A stretch of DNA of 64,000 nt from SAR86 cluster bacterium AG-422-E19 (GTDB lineage Bacteria; Pseudomonadota; Gammaproteobacteria; Magnimaribacterales; AG-339-G14): NCBI GenBank assembly GCA_003213595.1, contig QCMR01000002.1:64015-128014 (forward strand). Reading direction: 5' to 3'. Each line of letters opens with the position of its first letter. Within the stretch, counting starts at the first letter, position 1. A program made the position numbers and the translations under genes. Below the pieces are notes generated by a model. It saw nothing but the letters and a program-made list of their open reading frames with translations. It had not been told where the DNA came from and made no database searches. Positions 17,996 through 29,094 of the stretch are shown here, piece by piece.

Positions 17996-18847
17996 ATGGT
18001 TAAACTTAGAAAAGAAGATATTAAAACAAAAGAAGTCCTTTCTTGGAAAGGAATCCATCTCTTCCATTTCACTTTTTCTGCTTGTTCAATGAAAACAAGA
18101 ATTTTTATGGGTCTAAAAAACATAGATTACACAGGCCATCATATAAATCTTCAAAAAAAAGAAAACTTTTCTCCTTACTTTCAAGGTATTACTCCTAGAT
18201 CATTGGTTCCTGTTTTGGTTGATGACGGAGAAGTTCATATCGAGAGCAATGACATCCTTAAGTATTTGGATAATAAGTTCCCCACCTTGATTTTGATACC
18301 TAAAGATAAAGAAGAAGAGATAAATAAAATGATGATTGAAGAAAATGATCTGCATTTAGACATCCGAAATGTTACTTTTAAATTCTTAGTTCCAAAATTC
18401 TTGAATAACGTAAAAATTCAAGAAAAATCCGAATCAAAGGCTACCTTGCATGGAAATGAGGATTCAGAAGATGATGCAAATAGAAAGTTTTGGGAGAATT
18501 ATAAAAAAGTAGGGATCACAGACGAAGTTGCAACCAAATCTTTACTGAATCTCAAACTCCATCTTGATGAAATAAATGAAAAACTTTCTCACCATACCTA
18601 CATTTTAGGTAACGAACTAACCTTACCCGATATTGCATGGTTTATTTATGTTTCAAGACTTAAGGCTGCAAGATATCCAATACATATTCTTCATCCCAAT
18701 GTTAATGATTGGTATGAAAGCTTATTAAAAAGAGAAGTTTTTGCAAAAGAAACAAAGATTCCTGGAGTTGTTAGATTCATATCCTATATCTTTTATGTGG
18801 TTCAAAAATATAGTGGGTGGAGCATCAAAAGACAATTAGTAGGCTAA
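17996..18847 (+). CDS. glutathione S-transferase family protein
   Basis: Has a thioredoxin-like N-domain (VPVLVDDGEVHIESNDILKYLD) and an alpha-helical C-domain. Confidence 0.7.
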   Translation: MVKLRKEDIKTKEVLSWKGIHLFHFTFSACSMKTRIFMGLKNIDYTGHHINLQKKENFSPYFQGITPRSLVPVLVDDGEVHIESNDILKYLDNKFPTLILIPKDKEEEINKMMIEENDLHLDIRNVTFKFLVPKFLNNVKIQEKSESKATLHGNEDSEDDANRKFWENYKKVGITDEVATKSLLNLKLHLDEINEKLSHHTYILGNELTLPDIAWFIYVSRLKAARYPIHILHPNVNDWYESLLKREVFAKETKIPGVVRFISYIFYVVQKYSGWSIKRQLVG

Positions 18848-19612
18848 AAACAATAAAAAAATCCCGAGTAAAACTCTATAGACTACAAAAGGTGTAAAAC
18901 CTATTCGTTCGATGAGGTTTAAAAAAATTCCAATGCATAAGTAAGAACTAAAAAACGAAAAGGTTGAAACTAAAAGAGCATCAAGCCAATTTATTTCTGA
19001 TGATGCAAATCCTAAGGCGATAATTTCTGAGAAGAAAATAATACCCAAAGTAGGTATTGCAAGCATGAAAGCAAACTTTGAGGCAACCGTTCTAGAGTAA
19101 CTCAAGAATAAAGCACAAATTATTGTGATCGCTGAACGGCTGGTTCCTGGAATCAGGGCCAAGCATTGAGCTAAGCCAATGAAAAAAGCATGTTTAAAGG
19201 TTACTGATTCATAAGGCGTTTGATCTTTTGAAGCTCTATCAGCAATCCAAAGAAGAATGCCAAAAAAAATAGTTGAAAGAGCAATAATGTCTAGAGTCCT
19301 TAAGTTTTCTGAAATGAAATCTCTTAATAAAAATCCTGTAATTAATATTGGTAAGGATCCAAGCAATAATTTATTTAAAAATGAATCGCCTGAAGATAAT
19401 TTATAATCTTTTAAAGCGTCAGCTAGTTCTGCTCTAAAATAAATAATTACTGCAAATAAACTGCCACCATGAGCAAAAATATCAACAGTGATTGATTGAG
19501 TCTCTTGACCTAAGACTGAGGAAATGATTATCAAGTGCGCAGAGCTAGAAATAGGTAGAAATTCAGTCAAGCCTTGAATGACCGACAAAATTAGAATTTG
19601 CAAAACTTCCAT
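18836..19612 (-). CDS. uppP: undecaprenyl-diphosphate phosphatase
   Basis: Carries the BacA signature LTEFLPISSSAHL and about 8 TM segments. Confidence 0.9.
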   Translation of the reverse strand: MEVLQILILSVIQGLTEFLPISSSAHLIIISSVLGQETQSITVDIFAHGGSLFAVIIYFRAELADALKDYKLSSGDSFLNKLLLGSLPILITGFLLRDFISENLRTLDIIALSTIFFGILLWIADRASKDQTPYESVTFKHAFFIGLAQCLALIPGTSRSAITIICALFLSYSRTVASKFAFMLAIPTLGIIFFSEIIALGFASSEINWLDALLVSTFSFFSSYLCIGIFLNLIERIGFTPFVVYRVLLGIFLLFLAY

Positions 19613-20284
19613 TTATTTAACTCTCTTCCATTGATCGGTGCCTGAAAGATAAACGGGATATACCTCTTCAGGATTTTTCAATCTGGTATCTAAATCATCG
19701 AGATAATAGGCTAAGTGTAATAGACCTTTTGCATGATTATTTGTTTCTAAAAGGCTTGGCTTAATTAAGTAGTCTAAAAACTCATGACAATCGCTACAGA
19801 TGATTTCTTTATTATCTGAAGAAATAAAATCAGAAAGTTCTGTTTTCTTAATGGCAGCATCGTTTATTGAAGGGTGAGCCAAATCATTATTTTTTCTTAT
19901 GTATTTACCAACATATAAGTCATTCATATGTGCTTCTTTTACAATAAAAAGTTCTTTGGTTTTTTGTTCCAAAAAAACAGTTTGAGCTAAAACCAAAAGA
20001 CTCGAAAGAGGTAAAATTTTCTTTCGCAAACCAAAGGCTAGGCCTTGCGCTACAGAACACCCCACCCTTAACCCTGTAAAGGATCCTGGGCCAACACTCA
20101 AGGCAATGAAGTCTAGCTCTTCTTTTTCAAGTTGAGATTTCCTAAGGAGGTTGTCTATAAAGCCAAAAATATTTTTACCATGCATATTTTTATCCTGAGA
20201 ATGCTCGATATATATTTCTTTATTTTTTGCTAAGCCAATTGAACAATAAACCGAAGAGGTTTCAATAGCTAAAATGTTGGTCAT
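19613..20284 (-). CDS. tsaB: tRNA t6A biosynthesis protein TsaB (YeaZ)
   Basis: ILAIETSS...GPGSFTGLRVG pattern. Confidence 0.85.
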   Translation of the reverse strand: MTNILAIETSSVYCSIGLAKNKEIYIEHSQDKNMHGKNIFGFIDNLLRKSQLEKEELDFIALSVGPGSFTGLRVGCSVAQGLAFGLRKKILPLSSLLVLAQTVFLEQKTKELFIVKEAHMNDLYVGKYIRKNNDLAHPSINDAAIKKTELSDFISSDNKEIICSDCHEFLDYLIKPSLLETNNHAKGLLHLAYYLDDLDTRLKNPEEVYPVYLSGTDQWKRVK

Positions 20285-20932
20285 TTACTGAGATAAAAAG
20301 TCTTTAATATTATTTTTAATTTCCTCAACGGTTAAAGTGCCATCTACGGTAAGATACTTAAAATCTGAAGCGTTTTTAAAATTTGAATAATATTCAATCA
20401 GTGGTTGAGTTTGAGTCCAATAGACTTTGAGACGGTCTTTTACTGTTTCTGGCTCATCATCTTTTCTTATTATAAGTTCCTCGCCCGTTTCATCGTCCAT
20501 TCCAGGTTTTTTGGGTGGATTGAAGTCTATATGGTATGTTCTACCTGACGCCAAGTGGATTCTTCGACCAGACATTCTTTTGATAATTTCTTCATCTGCA
20601 ATAACTAACTCTATGACTCCATTTATTTCTACGTTATTTTCCTGCAGTGCTTCGGCTTGAGGTATGGTCCTAGGAAAACCATCAAATAAAAAGCCGTTTT
20701 TACAATCTTCTTGTGAAATCCTCTCTTTGACCAATTCGATGATTAGTTCATCAGAAACTAAGTTTCCAGCGTCCATTACTGCCTTTGCCTGTAAGCCTAA
20801 TTCTGTTCCATTCTTAATGGCTTCTCGTAACATGTCGCCTGTAGAAATATGCGGAATGTTTTGTTCTGAAGCAATGAAAGCTGCTTGAGTACCTTTACCA
20901 GCTCCAGGTGGGCCTAAAATAATGAGATTCAT
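20285..20932 (-). CDS. adk: adenylate kinase
   Basis: P-loop [10 protein letters not shown] and DGFPRT, with a LID region. Confidence 0.95.
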   Translation of the reverse strand: MNLIILGPPGAGKGTQAAFIASEQNIPHISTGDMLREAIKNGTELGLQAKAVMDAGNLVSDELIIELVKERISQEDCKNGFLFDGFPRTIPQAEALQENNVEINGVIELVIADEEIIKRMSGRRIHLASGRTYHIDFNPPKKPGMDDETGEELIIRKDDEPETVKDRLKVYWTQTQPLIEYYSNFKNASDFKYLTVDGTLTVEEIKNNIKDFLSQ

Positions 20933-21315
20933 TCGGTGATTGCTACAGCCATTGCAGTTGCGTGTTCTTCGGTATCGCTTAGGCTAAGGGAAATGTCTTT
21001 AAGCCCTTGCTCTTTTGCTAATAATTTAGCTCTTCCGTTAAGTTTTACTTTTGGGCCGCCATATTTTCTTAGTATCACAATGTCTTTTGGCCTGACGCCA
21101 TTGGTGAAGCCATAGCCTATGACTTTTGATACAGCTTCTTTACCAGCAAAGTTTTTTGCCAAGAAGAAAGGTTTAGCTCTAGAAGATTTTTTTTGAAATT
21201 GTTCGATTTCAAGGTTGTCGTAAACTCTGTGCAGAAATCTAAGTCCAAAGTTTTCATAAGCCTTTGCTAGTCTTGAGACCTTTACCAAATCTATTCCGCT
21301 TCTTAATTTAGTCAT
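20929..21315 (-). CDS. acpS: holo-[acyl-carrier-protein] synthase
   Basis: The GIDLVKVSR start region is typical of AcpS. The start is probably Met7 of the track ORF (ATG 21313-21315), which removes the overlap with recO. Confidence 0.85.
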   Translation of the reverse strand: MTKLRSGIDLVKVSRLAKAYENFGLRFLHRVYDNLEIEQFQKKSSRAKPFFLAKNFAGKEAVSKVIGYGFTNGVRPKDIVILRKYGGPKVKLNGRAKLLAKEQGLKDISLSLSDTEEHATAMAVAITE

Positions 21316-22006
21316 TGAATATTGCTCCTGCATTCATAGGTTTTTCAGCGATGTAGGTGATTGCAAGTTGCATAATTTTTTTTATTTTACTTCTTGCTGA
21401 AGAAGAAGTGATTTTTCCATTGGTAAAATTTATGATATCAATTCCAGAGACTTTTAAAAAATTATTTAAAGGTTTTTCTGAAAATCCTTGAGCTGGATGA
21501 AAATAATAGATTCCGTCTTTTTGTATACCCTTTCCTTTGTTATCAAATTGAAAATCAAAACCATAGCCAAGTTCACAAATTAAAAAATATTCAAACTCTC
21601 TTAAGGATATCTCAATATTTTTAGCTTCTCCCAATTCTAAGATCTTGTAAAAATTAATTACGGCATCAAAAATTTTCTCTTGTTTAACTTCCTTTTCTAT
21701 TAATTTAAAAATCAATTCATTGAGATACAGTAATATTTTTAAATTTTTTCCAAGTATTTGAAAGTATTTGATTTCTTCCCAAGAAGTTAAGGTCTTTAGT
21801 TCGCTTTTACCGGAATAATTAATATTGGCTAAAATGTTTGGAGCAGCAACATTTTGAAATTTGTTTTTTTTTGATCGAGCTCCTTTCGCTATGACAGAAA
21901 CTCTGCCATTTTTTCTGGTAAAAAGTTCGCAAATCAGGCTGGTTTCTGAGAACTTTCTACTTAGTAAAAGAATTGCTTCTGTTTCGTTGGCGCCTAAAGA
22001 CTTCAA
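21308..22006 (-). CDS. recO: DNA repair protein RecO
   Basis: Size and position directly after era fit RecO. An N-terminal OB-fold-like region is present. Sequence similarity by eye is weak. Confidence 0.75.
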   Translation of the reverse strand: MKSLGANETEAILLLSRKFSETSLICELFTRKNGRVSVIAKGARSKKNKFQNVAAPNILANINYSGKSELKTLTSWEEIKYFQILGKNLKILLYLNELIFKLIEKEVKQEKIFDAVINFYKILELGEAKNIEISLREFEYFLICELGYGFDFQFDNKGKGIQKDGIYYFHPAQGFSEKPLNNFLKVSGIDIINFTNGKITSSSARSKIKKIMQLAITYIAEKPMNAGAIFND

Positions 22007-22897
22007 AAATCAACTCCAAGACCAAATTTTTTTAACTTGTTTATATCGTTTGTCCAATTTTTGTTGGCTTTAACCCAAAGTTGAAGGTTCACTTTTTTTG
22101 AAAACTCTTTTTCTAATTCTTTTCTGGCAGCTGTTCCAATGGCTTTAATCATACTGCCCTGCTTACCAAGGATAATTCCTTTTTGACTCTGGGACTCAGT
22201 AATCACGGCTGCATAAATGGTCTTAAGCTTTTTTGAATCATCAATTTTTTCAATCACAACATTCAGACGATAAGGCAATTCATCACCCAACCTATTGATT
22301 GCTTTTTCTCTAATTATTTCTGAGATAAAAAAATTATCTGAAAACTCTGTTAGAGAGTCTTCTGGAAAATGATATGGACCAATTTCTAAATTGTTCAAAA
22401 TTACACTTTTCAATATCATCAAATTATCTTTTTTTCAGTGCGGATATAGGAACAATAGATAAAAAATTAAATTTTTCACTGATATCTTTAATAAATGCTA
22501 ACAACTTAGTTTTATCTCTTAATCTGTCTATTTTGTTAATGACTAAAACAACAGGCTTATTGAGGTTTTTTAAACTTTTGAGAATATTTTCTTCTTCCTT
22601 TTGCCACTTAAAACGATCAATTAAGAAGAGAACAAGATCTACCTCTTCATAGCAGTGAGAGGCGATTTTATTCATGACTTTGTTAAGCTGCCTTTTATAG
22701 CCAAGATGCACTCCGGGAGTATCCAAAAAAACGATTTGAGATTTTTCTTCTGTGAGTATTCCTAAAATACGATTGCGTGTGGTCTGAGGTTTTCTTGAAG
22801 TAATGGCAATCTTTTTTTGAAAGAAAGCATTTAGCAAGGTTGATTTACCAACATTTGTTCGGCCTGATAGCGAAACAAAACCAAATTTATTTTCCAT
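22003..22897 (-). pseudogene. era: GTPase Era, reading frame broken by a 1-nt frameshift in an A7 run
   Basis: ORF 22424-22897 is the GTPase domain (GRTNVGKST, DTPG, NKID). ORF 22003-22422 is the KH domain (YHFPED, EIIREK). Removing one A from the run at 22429-22435 gives ...ISALKKDNLMILKSV... and a ~297-aa Era. Confidence 0.85.
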
Positions 22898-23558
22898 CTT
22901 TATTTAGCATGATTAAAACGTTAGAAGCGGCCTCTTGTTCTGCTAATTTTTTACTTTTTCCTTGTCCTTCGCCAAAAACATTATGTATTGGCAACGTTAC
23001 CTTAGAGACAAAATATATTTCTCCTTTTTGTTTTTTTTCAGTAGTTACGTATTCAGGCAAATCTTCATCTAGGGATTGTAAAAATTCCTGAAGAAGAGTT
23101 TTTGAATCTTTCTGTTCTTCTAATAAAAGTTTAGAAAAATCTATTTCTAAGATAGACAAGGTAATTTCTTTTGCTTTCAAAAAATCTGAATCAAGAAAAA
23201 TAGCTCCGATGAGAGCTTCTAAAGTGTTTCCGATGATAGTTTCTGTTAGGTTTTGATTGTTCTTAAGTGCAGAACCTGCTTGCAAATACTTATCTAATTT
23301 TATTTTCAGGCCCGCTTTGCTCAATGAAGATCTACTTACGATTCTAGAGCGGTAAATACTTAATTTTCCTTCATCGAGCGAACTCTCTTTAAAATACAAG
23401 GCTTCTGAAACAACAAGTGAAATTACAGAATCACCAAGAAATTCCAACCTTTCATTGTTGAAATCAAAGTTTATGCTTTTATGCGTAATAGCTTCATCTA
23501 AGAGTTTCTTATTTTTAAATTTATAACCAATAGAATTTTCTAACTCGGCAATACTCAT
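22887..23558 (-). CDS. rnc: ribonuclease III
   Basis: Carries the signature ERLEFLGDSV and a C-terminal dsRBD. Confidence 0.95.
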   Translation of the reverse strand: MSIAELENSIGYKFKNKKLLDEAITHKSINFDFNNERLEFLGDSVISLVVSEALYFKESSLDEGKLSIYRSRIVSRSSLSKAGLKIKLDKYLQAGSALKNNQNLTETIIGNTLEALIGAIFLDSDFLKAKEITLSILEIDFSKLLLEEQKDSKTLLQEFLQSLDEDLPEYVTTEKKQKGEIYFVSKVTLPIHNVFGEGQGKSKKLAEQEAASNVLIMLNKDGK

Positions 23559-23560
23559 TC

Positions 23561-24541
23561 TTAATTCAAAAATTTATTCCTTGAAAAAGATGGAAGACAG
23601 GTTAGGCACTCCCAATGCATCCATATAAAAGCTGGTTTTCCAACTACATTTTGCTTTGGTACAAAGCCCCAACTTCTGCTATCAGCGCTGTTATCTCTGT
23701 TGTCGCCCATTACAAAATAATAACCTTTTGGTACTAGCCATTTACGTTCAGCTCCGTATGTAAGTTGATTCCTATAGTTTTCTAATAGTCTTATCGTGTA
23801 AGACTTATCTTGGTAGAACTCTTTTAAATAAACTTCATCATCATTTGAATATAAAAACTCTCTTTTTAATTTTTCACCATTCACTATCAATTCTTTATTT
23901 CGATAAATAACTTCATCTCCTTCTTTGGCTATCAATCTCTTTACAAAAGTAAGACCCAAGGGAGTACAAGCTTCGCTGTAACGTTGCCAGAGATACTCCT
24001 GAGAGCTATCAAAGTTTTTTTCAGGATAAGCATTTTCAATTGGCGAGCTGCAAACAGTATGCTCTGGAATGAATGCAACCATCTCTCCTTTTTTTGGCTC
24101 TCTGGTTTCAAACCAAGTTGATTTTCCTAAAGGATTTTTTAAGCCATAAGAGAATTTATCAACCACTAAAAAATCTCCAACTTGTATCTGAGGAATCATG
24201 GACTCTGTAGGAATTTGGAAAGGTTCATAAATAAATGATCTAAAAATAGTTATGCCTAGGAGGATTAGGAAAAAAGATCTTGCCTCTTTTTGCAAATTCA
24301 CTAAATCGGTTCGTCGAGAGATGATCCAAATTACAAGTGAAACCAAAGTTAAACCAACTAAAATATAACCAAAGCTGATATTGAGTTTAAAAACCGCATA
24401 CAAAGCTAAAAGAGGAAAAGGGAAAGAGACAGTACTGATGGTCTTGGAAAATTTACCATCTAATTTTTTCTCAGAGTAAACCCAAGCAGCAAATAAGATA
24501 GAAATAATGATTACTGAAATAATTAAAATTGATTCGTACAT
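23561..24541 (-). CDS. lepB: signal peptidase I
   Basis: SM(I/E)PT-type catalytic Ser box (ESMIPQ), GDNRDNSADSR box, and N-terminal TM segments. Confidence 0.9.
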   Translation of the reverse strand: MYESILIISVIIISILFAAWVYSEKKLDGKFSKTISTVSFPFPLLALYAVFKLNISFGYILVGLTLVSLVIWIISRRTDLVNLQKEARSFFLILLGITIFRSFIYEPFQIPTESMIPQIQVGDFLVVDKFSYGLKNPLGKSTWFETREPKKGEMVAFIPEHTVCSSPIENAYPEKNFDSSQEYLWQRYSEACTPLGLTFVKRLIAKEGDEVIYRNKELIVNGEKLKREFLYSNDDEVYLKEFYQDKSYTIRLLENYRNQLTYGAERKWLVPKGYYFVMGDNRDNSADSRSWGFVPKQNVVGKPAFIWMHWECLTCLPSFSRNKFLN

Positions 24542-24543
24542 AA

Positions 24544-26343
24544 TTATTTGCTTACTTTTAAAACCGATAAAAATGCTTCTTGCGGAACATCGATTTTTCC
24601 AATCTGCCGCATCTTTTTCTTACCGGCTTTCTGTTTTTCTAAAAGTTTTTTCTTTCGCGTTACATCTCCGCCATAAAGTTTAGCTGTTACATCTTTGCGG
24701 TAGGCTTTGACTGTCTCACGAGAAATAATTTTATTTCCAATTGCAGCTTGAATTGCAACATCATACATCTGTCTGGGAATAACCTCTCTAAGAGCTTTTG
24801 TCAGTTCTCTTCCTTTATAGTCAGCTTTTGAGCGATGCACCATAAAGTTAAGAGCATCAACCTTTTCGCCATTGAGCAAGATATCAATTCGAGTAATATC
24901 ACTTTGGTCAAATCTCACAAAATCATAGTCTAGAGATGCATATCCTTTGCTAGTTGATTTCAATTTATCAAAGAAATCGAGAACGATTTCATTCATGGGC
25001 ATTTCGTAAACTAGTTCTATTTGTCCACCCACATATCTGAGAGACTTTTGACTCCCTCTCCTTTCCACGCAAAGAGAGATGACATTTCCAACATACTCTT
25101 CAGGAACAAGAATAGTTGCAAGAGCTATTGGCTCCCTGACTTCCTCTATTGAACTTGGATCAGGATATTTACTTGGATTTTCAATTTCAATCACATCATT
25201 ATTTTTCAATAGAATTTCGTACACGACAGTAGGTGCTGTAGCTAAAAGCTCTATTCCATGCTCTCTTTGAAGTCTTTCAATAATAATTTCCATATGCAAA
25301 GTTCCCAAAAAACCGCATCTAAAACCAGAGCCTAAAGCCTGAGATTGCTCCGGTTCAAATTGCAAAGCAGCATCGTTTAACGCTAGTTTTTCTAAGGATT
25401 CTCTAAATGATTCAAATTCACCGGAATCTAAAGGATAAAGAGCAGCAAAAACTTGAGGTTTTATTGGCTTGAATCCTGGTAAAGAGTTACTTTTGTCAGG
25501 CAGAACTATGGTATCTCCCACAGGAGCGCCTTTAATACTTCTAACTCCGGCACAGATAAAACCAACTTCTCCGGCAACTAGTTTATTTTTTTCTAATCTT
25601 TTGGGAGTAAAGACTCCTAATTTTTCAACTAAATGAACGTTATTATTTGAGGAAAATTTAATTTTATCACCAAGATTTATTTCGCCATTTACTACTCTCA
25701 CTAAAGAGACAATTCCAAGGTATTGATCAAACCAAGAGTCAATTATCAAAGCTTGTAATGGTTCTGAAATGGAGCCTTCTGGAGCAGGTATTTCTCTAAT
25801 TATTTTTTCCAACAAATCTTTAACGCCCAATCCATCTTTTGCACTTATGGCTGGTGCTTCACTAGCTTCTATACCGATTATTTCTTCAATCTCTTGTTTG
25901 ACTCTTTCTGGATCCGACTGTTTTAGGTCAATTTTATTTAATACGGGAAATATCGAAAGTCCTTGATCGATAGCGTTATAACAGGTAGATAGAGTTTGCG
26001 CTTCAACTCCTTGAGAAGCATCGACTAGTAAAATAGCACCATCGCAAGCAGCTAAAGACCTCGATACTTCATAGGCAAAGTCCACGTGTCCAGGGGTATC
26101 TATTAAGTTGATCTGATACTTTTCTTCATCCAACTCATATTCTAGATATACCGACTGAGCTTTGATGGTAATGCCTCTTTCTCTCTCTAAATCAAGAGAG
26201 TCCAACACTTGATTTTGCATTTCCCGTTCGCTCAAGCCTCCACATATTTCGATGAGACGATCTGCAAGCGTGGATTTTCCATGATCAATATGTGCAATGA
26301 TGCAAAAATTTCTTATCTGATTTATAGAAGCATGGCTCGACAT
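24544..26343 (-). CDS. lepA: elongation factor 4
   Basis: [17 protein letters not shown] and DTPGHVDF, plus the LepA-specific C-terminal domain. Confidence 0.95.
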   Translation of the reverse strand: MSSHASINQIRNFCIIAHIDHGKSTLADRLIEICGGLSEREMQNQVLDSLDLERERGITIKAQSVYLEYELDEEKYQINLIDTPGHVDFAYEVSRSLAACDGAILLVDASQGVEAQTLSTCYNAIDQGLSIFPVLNKIDLKQSDPERVKQEIEEIIGIEASEAPAISAKDGLGVKDLLEKIIREIPAPEGSISEPLQALIIDSWFDQYLGIVSLVRVVNGEINLGDKIKFSSNNNVHLVEKLGVFTPKRLEKNKLVAGEVGFICAGVRSIKGAPVGDTIVLPDKSNSLPGFKPIKPQVFAALYPLDSGEFESFRESLEKLALNDAALQFEPEQSQALGSGFRCGFLGTLHMEIIIERLQREHGIELLATAPTVVYEILLKNNDVIEIENPSKYPDPSSIEEVREPIALATILVPEEYVGNVISLCVERRGSQKSLRYVGGQIELVYEMPMNEIVLDFFDKLKSTSKGYASLDYDFVRFDQSDITRIDILLNGEKVDALNFMVHRSKADYKGRELTKALREVIPRQMYDVAIQAAIGNKIISRETVKAYRKDVTAKLYGGDVTRKKKLLEKQKAGKKKMRQIGKIDVPQEAFLSVLKVSK

Positions 26344-26357
26344 GCGGGCATTATGTC

Positions 26358-27773
26358 CTATTTTGGAATTTTAAGGGTGAGAAAAGAACCGTTTTTATCT
26401 CTGATAATTCTTAAAGCAATGGTAGAGCCTTTTTTTAGATTTTTAGAAATTTTTTCATAATCTTTGATATTACTTACATCCTTAAACTGTATTTTATCGA
26501 TTATGTCTCCTCTTCTAATTCCAGCTTCAGACGCCGGTCCAGGAAAAACGCTTGATACCACTACTCCTTTATCTTGGCCCAATTGTTTTTGTTCTGGATC
26601 CGTCAAGGAAGCGATATCTTTAACGGCAATGCCCAAAATATTTCCGGTCTCTTCTTTTTTATTAACGGTTGTATCTTGCGCAACTTTTTCATCTAATTTA
26701 CCAGTTGTCACGGAAACCGTTTCTTTCTTTCCATCTCTGAATATTGTTGCATTTACTTTTTTTTCAGGAGGTATTCTTCCTACTATCAAAGGAAGATCGC
26801 CTGAATAAATTATTTGTTGCCCATCAAAATCTATAATTACATCACCATTTTTTAGACCTGCTTTTTCTGCTGGAGAATCTTTTAGAACACTGCCAATTAG
26901 TGCCCCACGAGGCACATCCAAGCCAAACGAATCTGCTAAATCTTTAGTTACTTCCTGAACTGCTACACCCAACCAGCCTCTAGATACAAACCCATTTTCT
27001 TTAATTTGTGTAACTATTTCATCTGCGTAGTTAATAGGAATAGTGAAAGAAATACCCATATACCCGCCACGATTTGAGTAAATCATTGCGTTAATACCAA
27101 TGACTTCTCCATTAAGATTGAATAATGGACCCCCTGAGTTTCCTGGATTTATAGCTACATCTGACTGAATAAAGGGTATATATGAAGTGCTTTGTCCTGG
27201 AACACTTCTAGCTTTTGCGCTCACTATCCCTGCTGTTACTGTTGCATTCAGCCTATAAGGAGATCCAATTGCCATAACCCAATCACCAACTCGAACCTTT
27301 TCGGAATCTCCTAAACTTAAAAAAGGAAGGTTTTCATTGGTTTTAACCTTCAAAAGAGCAACGTCTGACTTTTTATCACTGCCAATTATCTCTGCAGAAA
27401 ATTCTCTTCTATCTTGAAGACTGATTACAACTTCGGAGGCATCTTCAATTACATGATGATTTGTTAATATGTAACCGTCCGCTGAAATAATGAATCCTGA
27501 GCCTCCTGATGCTACTTTTCTGTCACGGTTTGGGGGGTTATAGGGAGAACCGAAAAAGTCATCAAAAAAAGGATCGTTAAATGGCCCTCTTCTCATTTCA
27601 TTTTGTGCTGGAGATTTAATAACTTTTGTGACGCTTACATTTACAACAGCAGGCGTTACTTTCTCAGCTAAAGAGGCAAAATTTGGAAGGTCTGATACGT
27701 TTTGGTTCAACTGGCCCCATCCTGAGCTGGAAATGAGGAAAAGAGTAAAAAATACAAATAATTTTTTTTGCAT
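26358..27773 (-). CDS. mucD: periplasmic serine endoprotease, DegP/DegQ/MucD family
   Basis: Signal peptide, catalytic His/Asp/GNSGGPL triad, and two PDZ domains. It lies downstream of rpoE and the anti-sigma gene. Confidence 0.9.
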   Translation of the reverse strand: MQKKLFVFFTLFLISSSGWGQLNQNVSDLPNFASLAEKVTPAVVNVSVTKVIKSPAQNEMRRGPFNDPFFDDFFGSPYNPPNRDRKVASGGSGFIISADGYILTNHHVIEDASEVVISLQDRREFSAEIIGSDKKSDVALLKVKTNENLPFLSLGDSEKVRVGDWVMAIGSPYRLNATVTAGIVSAKARSVPGQSTSYIPFIQSDVAINPGNSGGPLFNLNGEVIGINAMIYSNRGGYMGISFTIPINYADEIVTQIKENGFVSRGWLGVAVQEVTKDLADSFGLDVPRGALIGSVLKDSPAEKAGLKNGDVIIDFDGQQIIYSGDLPLIVGRIPPEKKVNATIFRDGKKETVSVTTGKLDEKVAQDTTVNKKEETGNILGIAVKDIASLTDPEQKQLGQDKGVVVSSVFPGPASEAGIRRGDIIDKIQFKDVSNIKDYEKISKNLKKGSTIALRIIRDKNGSFLTLKIPK

Positions 27774-27786
27774 AGTAAGATTTTTT

Positions 27787-28476
27787 TTATTCTAAAATCA
27801 AATTAGAAAAACTTATCAATTTTTGGTTGGATAATTTATCACTTGATAGATTTATAATCATTGGTGTATCGCCTTTCCTTGTATTTATAGTAACGCCGTT
27901 GGAAATAGAAGACAGTTTCACAGTGTTAGAGCCATCTTTGAGGAAAATTTTTAGTTTAAGATTCGCATTTGAACCTTTGATTCCGTAATTAGCCTCTAAT
28001 TGATTACTGGAGATGAATTTATAACTGCGAAGGTTTCCATCAAAGTTTCTACCGTAATCGTCAAGGATAACTGGGTTTATTGTAGAAACTAGAGTTTTTG
28101 GAGCTGAGACTTGGAGGAAAGATTGAGTGGGTTGGGAGGAGAATTCAAAAAATATAAAGGTGAGAGTAAAACAGAGGCCAAAAAGATAAGAACAGGTCCT
28201 CATATAGGGAATTTTTCCCCAGCTAAAATGGTTTTCGTGATGTTTTTGGTTATTTGGTTTTTTGGATTTTTGGAGTTCGTTTTGGATTTTGGAAGAAAGG
28301 TCAAGATTTGGCATTAAAAGTTCTCTTCGAAGCGCTGATTTTTGTTTATTCATCTCAAGCCAACGCTTCTTAATATGAGGATTTTTAGAAATATCTTCAA
28401 CAAGCCTGCGAGTTTCAAATTCGGAGGCTTCGCCATCCAAAAGTAAAGACAATCTTTGATCTACACTTGATTCCAT
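27787..28476 (-). CDS. anti-sigma-E factor, RseA/MucA-like
   Basis: The N-terminus LSLLLDGEASEFE...KKRW matches the RseA N-domain pattern. It has a single central TM segment and lies directly after rpoE. Confidence 0.7.
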   Translation of the reverse strand: MESSVDQRLSLLLDGEASEFETRRLVEDISKNPHIKKRWLEMNKQKSALRRELLMPNLDLSSKIQNELQKSKKPNNQKHHENHFSWGKIPYMRTCSYLFGLCFTLTFIFFEFSSQPTQSFLQVSAPKTLVSTINPVILDDYGRNFDGNLRSYKFISSNQLEANYGIKGSNANLKLKIFLKDGSNTVKLSSISNGVTINTRKGDTPMIINLSSDKLSNQKLISFSNLILE

Positions 28477-28477
28477 A

Positions 28478-29053
28478 TTAATTACTCCAGGTCTTAGACA
28501 GTCCTAATTTAGAAAAAGTTTCATTAATAAGCTCTCTTCCTTTAAAGATTCTAGATCTCACCGTACCAATAGGACAGTTTTGGACTTTAGCTATTTCTTC
28601 GTAACTCAATCCATCGTACTCTCTGAGAGATAAGGTTGATCTTATTTCGTCAGGTAAATTTTGAAATGCCTGATTAACAGCATCTTTCATTTCTTCTGCT
28701 GCTAAGAGAGTTTCGGGATTATCGGAATTTAAAGACAAATCAGATAAAGCGCCATCAAGAACGTCTTCATTGTAAGTTTCAGCTCCTCTGGATTTATTGG
28801 AAAAGTAGTTTTTTGCTGTATTGATAGCAATTCTGTAAATCCAGGTATAGAACGAACTTTCCCCTCTAAATTTATCAATATTTCTGAAAGCTTTAACAAA
28901 AGCTTCTTGAGCAATATCTTGGGATAATTCAAAGTCCTTGCAAAACTTAAAAACAGAATAAACAAGTCTATCTTGGTATTTAACCACTAGGATATCGAAG
29001 GCTCTCACATCCCCTTTTTTAACAAGATTAATAATGTTTATATCGTTTTCCAT
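28478..29053 (-). CDS. rpoE: RNA polymerase sigma-E (ECF) factor
   Basis: VKKGDVRAFDILVVKYQDRL together with region 2 and region 4 motifs closely parallel E. coli RpoE. Confidence 0.9.
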   Translation of the reverse strand: MENDINIINLVKKGDVRAFDILVVKYQDRLVYSVFKFCKDFELSQDIAQEAFVKAFRNIDKFRGESSFYTWIYRIAINTAKNYFSNKSRGAETYNEDVLDGALSDLSLNSDNPETLLAAEEMKDAVNQAFQNLPDEIRSTLSLREYDGLSYEEIAKVQNCPIGTVRSRIFKGRELINETFSKLGLSKTWSN

Positions 29054-29065
29054 GTTCTAATCCAT

Positions 29066-29092
29066 ATAGACATGCGTATTGTCCACAAGTTC
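29066..29092 (-). promoter_or_regulatory. candidate sigma-E-dependent autoregulated promoter
   Basis: The minus strand reads GAACTT-N16-TCTAT; the consensus is GAACTT-N16-17-TCTGA or TCAAA. The -10 lies only ~13 nt from the rpoE ATG, so the leader would be very short. Confidence 0.35.
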
Positions 29093-29094
29093 AG

